Source: Ignicoccus pacificus DSM 13166 (GTDB taxonomy: Archaea > Thermoproteota > Thermoprotei_A > Sulfolobales > Ignicoccaceae). Taken from it: a stretch of DNA of 32,000 nucleotides. The translations under genes were made by a program, and so were the position numbers. The notes under the pieces were generated by a model. It saw only the letters and a list, made by a program, of their open reading frames with translations, ran no database searches and was not told the DNA's origin. Below are positions 26,120-32,000 of the stretch, piece by piece (position 1 is the stretch's first letter; every line of letters starts with the position of its first letter). The stretch covers positions 1,620,001-1,652,000 of the forward strand of contig CP006868.1 in the NCBI GenBank assembly GCA_025340205.1, read 5' to 3'.

Positions 26120-26133
26120 ATCATGGGAATTAC

Positions 26134-27360
26134 TTAGAGATACTTAAGAAGCTCTATGAGACGTTTATCTCCGACACGATATTTGCTTCTCCTTTTTCCC
26201 CTACTACTGGGTGTCTTTTCGACTAATCCTTTTTTCAAGAGAGGCTCTTTCAAGCGGTAATGGACGGTACTCTTAGCTACGTCGTAACCTTGCTTCTTTA
26301 ACCATCTCGTAACATCACTTGGTCCCGCTTCACCGAGTTCAGCTAACGCCTTTAAGATCATTCTGTCGAGTTCGTCTAACTCAAATAAAACGGTAGTCTC
26401 CATAGCCCGTTCAGCCTCTTTTATCGCTAGCTCGATGTGCTTCTTCTGAAGAGAGCCATCCTTAGCAGCGTAGGTTAGTGCTCTCTGTGCAACCTTGATT
26501 GTATCTCTCAATATTGGGAAGTGCTTCCAAATTTCCTCGATCCATTCCTCCTTGAATGGATAGAATGGGTTCTCTGGAGTGGCGAAATCTTTCAATCTTT
26601 TTGAGAATACCTTCTTGGTCTCCTCAGCGTTATAGCCAGGTATCCTAATTTCTATGAACTTACTGACTACGTGTGGAAATCGAGTCCTGAAGGAGTTTAG
26701 ATGGTCAGGTATTATAGTGAAGATGAAGCTAACCTTTCCTTGCCCCTGTAAGAGGTTGTCGAACCAGAAGGCAAGCTGTTCAAATGACTCAGAATAGGCG
26801 AATCCGTCTACCATGAAAATCACTGGTATGTTGCTGTTATCTACTATAAAGCCTAAGGCGGATTTCAAGGTATCTAAATCAACTCTTCCCATTTTCTCAA
26901 ATCTCATAAGCACGTTTTCTACTACTTGAGTTATATACTTGAAGAACTTTTCATACTCTTGGTTCATCCCTACGAAGTATATCCAGCCCGGCTTCTTGAA
27001 ACCCTTTTCAAGACCTTTGAGTAGATTATATAAGAATTTCTGAGGGTTATCGTCGTAGACGGTCTTTACTACTATGGGAATTAGCTTCTTCATTGATGCT
27101 TCTAAGGGTGACCGCGGGTAAGGGATATCCATTTCCTTTCTCCAGAAATTCAAGAACGTAGACTTGCCTAGACCGTAGCTTCCAACTACGAAGACTCTGC
27201 TATTGCCACCTTCCTTCACTATTTTCTCATATACTAGCTTTTCGAAGAGGTTATCAGGTTCGTAGCGCTTGACGTAGAACCGCAGCATTTCGCCGTCCAG
27301 CGGAGCCGGCTCGAACCTCCGTATCAGTTCGTAGAAGTCGGGCGGCACGCCACTCTCCAC
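26134..27360 (-). CDS. Divergent Orc1/Cdc6-like AAA+ ATPase with a C-terminal winged helix
   Basis: Walker A VFVVGSYGLGKSTFL (about 27158-27196). Degenerate Walker B VIFMVDGF. IEIRIPGYNAEETKKVFSKRL and ILRDTIKVAQRALTYAAKDG resemble the Orc1/Cdc6 box VII and lid. The terminal wHTH is LDRMILKALAELGEAGPSDVTRWLKKQGYDVAKSTVHYRLKEPLLKKGLVEK. A GTG at 27360 lies 22 nt downstream of a TTTTTACA box. The ORF-track ATG at 27486 would add 42 codons that run through the repeat cluster. Confidence 0.6.
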   Translation of the reverse strand: MESGVPPDFYELIRRFEPAPLDGEMLRFYVKRYEPDNLFEKLVYEKIVKEGGNSRVFVVGSYGLGKSTFLNFWRKEMDIPYPRSPLEASMKKLIPIVVKTVYDDNPQKFLYNLLKGLEKGFKKPGWIYFVGMNQEYEKFFKYITQVVENVLMRFEKMGRVDLDTLKSALGFIVDNSNIPVIFMVDGFAYSESFEQLAFWFDNLLQGQGKVSFIFTIIPDHLNSFRTRFPHVVSKFIEIRIPGYNAEETKKVFSKRLKDFATPENPFYPFKEEWIEEIWKHFPILRDTIKVAQRALTYAAKDGSLQKKHIELAIKEAERAMETTVLFELDELDRMILKALAELGEAGPSDVTRWLKKQGYDVAKSTVHYRLKEPLLKKGLVEKTPSSRGKRRSKYRVGDKRLIELLKYL

Positions 27361-27373
27361 TCCCCTACTAGTG

Positions 27374-27525
27374 TGTCCAAATGTAAAAACAGCGGTAACC
27401 CTTGAGTTGGATAATAGGACATCTATCAGTGGTTGGACTAAGTGATAATGTAGTACAAATGGTCCAGATGTCCATTGGACGAACAAACTAGTTGTACCGA
27501 GATAATTAGTTGTCCAAGTGTCCTG
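27374..27525. repeat. Cluster of TTGGACA/TGTCCAA boxes in both orientations in the divergent promoter region
   Basis: TGTCCAA at 27374. TTGGATA at 27407. TTGGACT at 27433. The palindrome GTCCATTGGAC at 27470-27480. TGTCCAA at 27511. TGTCCT at 27519. TATA-like elements lie at 27382-27389 (-) and 27502-27508 (+). Confidence 0.85.
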
Positions 27526-27534
27526 CAGGAGTGG

Positions 27535-28155
27535 GTGCTACTCGAGTTGCCCGCTCGTCCCAAGATAATCACAAAAGTACTTGAATCAATCTATCCTCTT
27601 CATGACGATGTTGTCGCTATAAAGTTCATTGAAAGAGGTTATTATAAGAGGGCATTAGAACTGTTAGGTAATTGGAAAAGGATACTAGAGGTAGGATGTG
27701 GTACTGGAAGACTGTTAGAGGTGGCTAGAGAGAACGGGAAACCCTTGTGGGGTCTTGATATATCACTGAAGTTCCTAAAAATTTCGAAAGAAAGGTTCAA
27801 GGATTATCCCGCAGACTTCGTCTACGGAACTGCTACAAACCTACCTTTTCGCTCCAACTCCTTTGATGGAGTTCTAACATTCACCATGATTCATCACTTG
27901 ACTAAGGAGGAAAAAATACAAATGATAGAGGAGATAGCCAAGCTCTCCGATAAGTATGCCTTTGGAGAAGTAGGTAAGAGGATATGCTGGAGTGCTATTC
28001 TACTAAAGATAATAGGGTCTAAGGACTTGATATCAAAGGAGTTATTCAAGAAGGCTGGAATGAAAATAGAGAGATGGGAAGATCCTAAGGGATTTTGTTT
28101 GATCATTGGGTTGGCGAGAAGATTAAGTGGCCCGGTACGCCGAGATGCACGGTAG
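27535..28155 (+). CDS. Class I SAM-dependent methyltransferase (Methyltransf_11-like)
   Basis: Motif I is ILEVGCGTGRLLE, and post-I and motif II are LDIS ... FDGVLTFTMIHHL. A GTG at 27535 lies 27 nt downstream of ATAATTA. The ORF-track TTG at 27475 lies inside the repeat palindrome. Confidence 0.7.
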   Translation: MLLELPARPKIITKVLESIYPLHDDVVAIKFIERGYYKRALELLGNWKRILEVGCGTGRLLEVARENGKPLWGLDISLKFLKISKERFKDYPADFVYGTATNLPFRSNSFDGVLTFTMIHHLTKEEKIQMIEEIAKLSDKYAFGEVGKRICWSAILLKIIGSKDLISKELFKKAGMKIERWEDPKGFCLIIGLARRLSGPVRRDAR

Positions 28156-28161
28156 ATCGGC

Positions 28162-29166
28162 GTGAGGATCCGCGTCTTAGCAACGCACAGCGGGGGCTAC
28201 CCGCGCCCACCGGAATGGAGAAAGAGCATAGACCTATACAACGCCGGTAAACTAGACTACATATCCTTAATGAGTACTTGGGAAAGTGCCAGTAAGAAGG
28301 TGATCTTTGAACAAGTGGAGGAAGGTCTAGACGTCGTGACCACCGGTCACTTGGCTTGGGACGATATCTTCAGACCCTTCGCTGAGGCATGGGCTGGAGT
28401 AGAACTACCTGAGGTCGGAGGTTATTACAGATACTACGAGCTAAACTTCTATTATAAGAAACCTATAATTAACGGACCTATAAGGCCTACTAGGCCTGTT
28501 ATGTTCAAGGAGCAGTTGTTAGCATCCGAGATATCGCCTAGGATGGTAAAGATATCGATACCCGGACCGTTAACCTTCGCCTTGCATGTTCAAGATGAGT
28601 TCTATGAGGATGTTGAGGAGTTGATGAATGATCTAACCTATGCCTTAGCGTATGAGGTCGAAGCCGTAGAAGGTTTGATCGACTATGTACAGATAGAGGA
28701 GCCAGCTTTGGTCGATCCCGAAGTAAAGCCAGAAGACGTAGACCTAGGTATCGAGTACATCAACAAGTTATCCAACCTAATTTCAGTTCCTGTAGTCGTT
28801 AAGACTTACTTTAAGCCCGCCGAAAGAGTGTACAAGCTACTCATGGGACTAAACGTCGACGGATTAGGATTTGATATGGTGGCTTGGAACTATGAGGACC
28901 TCAAGGAAACGATAAACGAGTACGGCTATCCGTTTGAGATAATAGACTTAGGAGTAGGCGACGCCCTGAACGTTAGGCTAGAGGCTATAGAAGAGAACGT
29001 GAGTAAGATAATGGCTGTTCTCGACGAGGCCTGTCCTAAGGAAGTTCATATAAGCCATAACTATCGCCTAGATGTACTTCCTTATTCTCATATAAGGAAG
29101 AAGCTTCGCAGGCTAGCGGAGATTGCCCTTAATCTGAGGAAGGCTATTGAGGAGGGGGTGAAGTGA
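28162..29166 (+). CDS. MetE N-terminal-domain-like protein (split cobalamin-independent methionine synthase, non-catalytic half)
   Basis: GTG start, 334 aa. It has a (beta/alpha)8 MetE-like pattern ([22 protein letters not shown]) but lacks the His/Cys zinc ligands. The catalytic half follows after one nucleotide. Confidence 0.65.
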   Translation: MRIRVLATHSGGYPRPPEWRKSIDLYNAGKLDYISLMSTWESASKKVIFEQVEEGLDVVTTGHLAWDDIFRPFAEAWAGVELPEVGGYYRYYELNFYYKKPIINGPIRPTRPVMFKEQLLASEISPRMVKISIPGPLTFALHVQDEFYEDVEELMNDLTYALAYEVEAVEGLIDYVQIEEPALVDPEVKPEDVDLGIEYINKLSNLISVPVVVKTYFKPAERVYKLLMGLNVDGLGFDMVAWNYEDLKETINEYGYPFEIIDLGVGDALNVRLEAIEENVSKIMAVLDEACPKEVHISHNYRLDVLPYSHIRKKLRRLAEIALNLRKAIEEGVK

Positions 29167-29167
29167 G

Positions 29168-30196
29168 ATGAGTGAGTACAAGGTGCCTAAGGTATTACCT
29201 ACAACAGTCGTCGGGAGCTATCCCAAGTTTCCAATAGCCAAGAAGGCGTTGAAGCTGAAGGAAAAGGGTCAAATTTCCGATGAGGAATTCGAGAAGATGA
29301 TAAAGGAAGCGATAAGGATGGCAGTAGAGGATCAGATAAAGGCCGGCGTTGACATAATTTCCGATGGTGAACAGAGAAGAGAAGACATGGAGGTTTACTT
29401 TGCTGAGAGGATGGATGGGTTCGTCGTCGGGAATAAGCCAGAGGACTGGGTAAGGATATTCGACAACGTGCACTATAGGAAACCCATAGTGGTTGGTAAG
29501 ATCGCTTGGAAGGAGCCCATGACCCTAACCGACTGGAAGTATGCTACCGAATTCTCACAAGGTAGGCCAGTTAAGGCGATCATCACCGGACCTTATACTA
29601 TGGCTGACTGGGCGTTTGATGACTACTATGGAGATAAGAAACAGTTGATAATAGACTTAGCAAAGGCCCTTCATAAGGAACTGAAGGTTCTCTACGAGGC
29701 CGGAGCTCGCTATCTGCAAGTCGACGAGCCAGCGCTTTCAACTCACCCCTACAAGGAGGATATTGAAATAGCGAAGGAGGCACTAGCTATAGTATTCCAA
29801 GGCATGAGCGACGCAAAGAAGATCGTTCACATATGCCACGGACGCGTAGAGAAACTGTTCCCAGATATCCTAGATTACCCTGTTGACCAATTCGATCTGG
29901 AGTTCGTGAATAATAATTTCGAGCTTCTACCGGTATTAAAAGAGTACGATTATGCCGGTAGCGGAAAGGAGCTAGGTTACGGAGTGATAGACATACATTC
30001 CAAGAAGGTGGAGTCTAAGGAGTTCATTAAAGATGCTATACATAAGGTACTAGAGTTCATGCCTCCAGAGAAGGTCTACGTGAAGCCGGACTGCGGTCTA
30101 AAGATACTCGGTGATAGGGACATCGCCTTCCAGAAGATGAAAGTGATGGTAGAAGCTACCAAGGAGGTAAGGAAAGAGTTAGGGTATGAGGAGTGA
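29168..30196 (+). CDS. metE: Cobalamin-independent methionine synthase catalytic domain (MetE C-terminal-type)
   Basis: [21 protein letters not shown] and LQVDEPAL are present, with the zinc ligands HICHG and KPDCGLK. Confidence 0.8.
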   Translation: MSEYKVPKVLPTTVVGSYPKFPIAKKALKLKEKGQISDEEFEKMIKEAIRMAVEDQIKAGVDIISDGEQRREDMEVYFAERMDGFVVGNKPEDWVRIFDNVHYRKPIVVGKIAWKEPMTLTDWKYATEFSQGRPVKAIITGPYTMADWAFDDYYGDKKQLIIDLAKALHKELKVLYEAGARYLQVDEPALSTHPYKEDIEIAKEALAIVFQGMSDAKKIVHICHGRVEKLFPDILDYPVDQFDLEFVNNNFELLPVLKEYDYAGSGKELGYGVIDIHSKKVESKEFIKDAIHKVLEFMPPEKVYVKPDCGLKILGDRDIAFQKMKVMVEATKEVRKELGYEE

Positions 30197-30853
30197 TCAT
30201 TCCTTTTTAGCGTAGAGCTCCAGTAGGTTGCACTTCTCGTTGGCGCTGCTCAACGCGCCCTTGAACTCATCAAGGGAAGTTATCACTATGGTATCAGTTC
30301 CTACGCTTATGTTTATCGCTATCTTGTCTGGACACATCTCTCCCTTTATCGCTCCTTGACACTCTTCGCCTCCTAGGAGACCCTCTATTCTGAGACAACT
30401 CGTAGTTTCTATTTGGGAGAGCGCGTCGTAGAGCAGCGTCAGATCTCCTTTCGCAGCTGCGTGGAATTCAACCAAGTTTCTGAGTTCGACGGGAGCGGAA
30501 ATAGTCAATGAGACTCTAGCCATAGGATTTTCCTCAAGATCTATTTCGACTTTGTGTTCGTCGAGCTCTATTATTTCCGCGTACCCCTCGGCTCTGTCTA
30601 AAGCTTGCTCTAATATAGGAATAGCTTCGGTACCGACGAGCAGTCTTCCGTTCTTCTCAATTTCTAGTCCCACCACTCTATTCTTGTTCATTTCTATCCT
30701 TATCAATACAGTATCGTTACCCACCCTACCGTCGAAGACTATTCTTCCTATGAACTTTTTCGAGGAAAGGTCGATAAGTAGGTCCCTCAAGCTCAGCTCA
30801 AAGGGACCTACTCGCTTGAAGCCGATGGTCTTTCCTCTGCTAATGAAAGGCAT
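30197..30853 (-). CDS. Hypothetical protein with a PATAN/DUF4388-like N-terminal module
   Basis: LSLRDLLIDLSSKKFIGRIVFDGRVGNDTVLIRIEMNKNRVVGLEIEKNGRLLVGTEAIPILEQAL follows the pattern DLL-x-l ... G-x-l-x-f ... i-x-f-x-G-x-vv ... G-x-eA. It is the last gene of a three-gene operon. Confidence 0.45.
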   Translation of the reverse strand: MPFISRGKTIGFKRVGPFELSLRDLLIDLSSKKFIGRIVFDGRVGNDTVLIRIEMNKNRVVGLEIEKNGRLLVGTEAIPILEQALDRAEGYAEIIELDEHKVEIDLEENPMARVSLTISAPVELRNLVEFHAAAKGDLTLLYDALSQIETTSCLRIEGLLGGEECQGAIKGEMCPDKIAINISVGTDTIVITSLDEFKGALSSANEKCNLLELYAKKE

Positions 30854-30855
30854 CT

Positions 30856-31311
30856 CTAGCGTTCACCTCCAGCCTTCTTTAACTCCTCGACGACCGTGTT
30901 AAAGTTTGGAGTTTCTGGGGAAACTATGTACACTGAGAAAACGCTAGCCCCACGACCTATTAGTATGAACAAGTGGTCCTTGAAATCGCTCTTCCTCGAC
31001 TCGACGAAGAATATAACGTTCTCGAGCTCTTCCCTAAGTTCCTTAAACATTCTAGCCGTATCGTCTTGAAGATCCTTCCCTAAAACTAAGAAGGATTTGT
31101 GAAGTACTATTCTCGGTTTCTCATTAAGGAGTTGACCTTCAGGTGGTTTAGTCTTATAACCCAATATCTTGTACCTCACGAGCTCTCGTCTGCTCTGGAT
31201 GGTTATCGCGGAAACGGCAGTTCCTATCTCACTTAGTTCGTTACCTAACTGTTCGATCAGTTTCTTGAGCTTGTTGATGAAGTCATCGGCACCAAAGCCA
31301 ATTATTATCAT
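30856..31311 (-). CDS. Hypothetical protein (151 aa)
   Basis: A protein-like alpha/beta pattern. It overlaps the upstream gene by 4 nt and lies 2 nt from the downstream gene. I recognise no motif. Confidence 0.45.
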   Translation of the reverse strand: MIIIGFGADDFINKLKKLIEQLGNELSEIGTAVSAITIQSRRELVRYKILGYKTKPPEGQLLNEKPRIVLHKSFLVLGKDLQDDTARMFKELREELENVIFFVESRKSDFKDHLFILIGRGASVFSVYIVSPETPNFNTVVEELKKAGGER

Positions 31312-31991
31312 GCCTTCACAACCCCCGTAACAACGTTTTTCGCTTTTTCAACAATTCTTCTATCTATTTTGAAGTTTATTGGAGGACACGAAAGAGGTTT
31401 AGCATGGGTAACTATCCACTTGCCCGGACTTTCTATTGGGTAATTAAACGCGTCCGCGCCAGTTATGGGTTCAACTTGCTCTGGCATGGAAAGAGAAGCA
31501 CCTATCACTACCTTATTACAGATCACGATATCGAGTACCCACCTATCAGTAACTGAAACTATGTTGTATGCCATCGTATCTGCCATCAACAAATCCTTTA
31601 GTGTTAACACCGGTGTATCAACGACTAGTAGATCACTTCCCCACTTCTTGTCGTCGACGGCTACAGAGCCGGGTTCAAATAAGTGAATGACCGGAAACAA
31701 TATTCCTTCGAGAACGACACCTTCTGTTACGACGACCTCTTTTATTAAAGAGAGGAGAGACTCTATAGAGTCCAACTTTATGTAATCTTTGTCATTGCTT
31801 TCGACGATGAGTTCAGGATCACTCATTTCTATTATGCTTATATCTACATCCCTACCTATTGAGAAGGCCGTTAAATCACCCTTGTACGCTATAGGTACAC
31901 CGTCAACCATAAGAATGTCCAAGGTAGGCCACTTGACAGAGATCTTACCCTTCAAGCCTTTAGAACGAGCATAGTTCAAAGCATTTAACAT
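31308..31991 (-). CDS. Hypothetical protein with two PATAN/DUF4388-like modules
   Basis: GLKGKISVKWPTLDILMVDGVPIAYKG and LTLKDLLMADTMAYNIVSVTDRWVLDIVICNKVVIGASL ... ITGADAFNYPI repeat the pattern seen in the 30197-30853 product. The start lies 9 nt from the window edge. Confidence 0.45.
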   Translation of the reverse strand: MLNALNYARSKGLKGKISVKWPTLDILMVDGVPIAYKGDLTAFSIGRDVDISIIEMSDPELIVESNDKDYIKLDSIESLLSLIKEVVVTEGVVLEGILFPVIHLFEPGSVAVDDKKWGSDLLVVDTPVLTLKDLLMADTMAYNIVSVTDRWVLDIVICNKVVIGASLSMPEQVEPITGADAFNYPIESPGKWIVTHAKPLSCPPINFKIDRRIVEKAKNVVTGVVKA

Positions 31992-32000
31992 GTTCTTATA

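Larger units (their letters stand above)
25814..26133. other. Convergent non-coding island; candidate replication origin or protein-binding locus
   Basis: 320 bp lie between two convergent stop codons in a genome where neighbours usually overlap. Inverted box arrays flank a core of 34% GC (25851-26100, hand count), falling to 18% GC in 25941-25990. Confidence 0.45.

Noticed and set aside
25814-26133. Possible CRISPR array, tRNA or MITE in the long spacer
   Set aside because: The repeats are only 7-9 bp with 11-bp spacing, which is far too short for CRISPR. No cloverleaf-compatible stems or T-loop GTTCRANNC are present. I found no long terminal inverted repeat beyond the short boxes.

Overview
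This is a compact archaeal chromosomal segment that looks crenarchaeal (Thermoprotei-type hyperthermophile). Hand-counted coding samples are 43-50% GC. Almost all of it is coding, and many neighbouring genes overlap by 4-30 nt. I saw no rRNA, tRNA, CRISPR array, IS element or integrase. Most genes are housekeeping: CDC48 AAA+ ATPase, the two aconitase-X subunits of the archaeal mevalonate pathway, archaeal triosephosphate isomerase, SBDS, MoaA, a DtxR-family and an Lrp-family regulator, purine phosphoribosyltransferase, geranylgeranyl reductase, TtuA-like tRNA thiolase, PCNA, Pth2, Trm10, aspartate-semialdehyde dehydrogenase, a DUF171 SPOUT methyltransferase and a split MetE pair. Three places stand out. 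(1) At 25.8-27.5 kb, a divergent Orc1/Cdc6-like AAA+ plus winged-helix protein is bracketed on both sides by clusters of a TTGGACA/TGTCCAA box. On its 3' side is a 320-bp convergent non-coding island in which 11-bp-phased box arrays in inverted orientation flank a 34% GC core (18% GC at its centre). This has the architecture of an archaeal replication origin with a non-canonical initiator, or of a captured extrachromosomal replicon module. (2) At 17.3-20.3 kb, a polytopic membrane protein with a large extracellular domain is translationally coupled to a membrane-anchored HerA/VirB4-type ATPase. This resembles a Ced/Ted-like DNA-translocation pair, but no pilin gene is visible. (3) At 30.2-32.0 kb, an operon of three uncharacterised proteins carries a repeated PATAN/DUF4388-like module and may continue past the window edge. 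All functional calls come from reading motifs in the supplied translations. No database search was possible.
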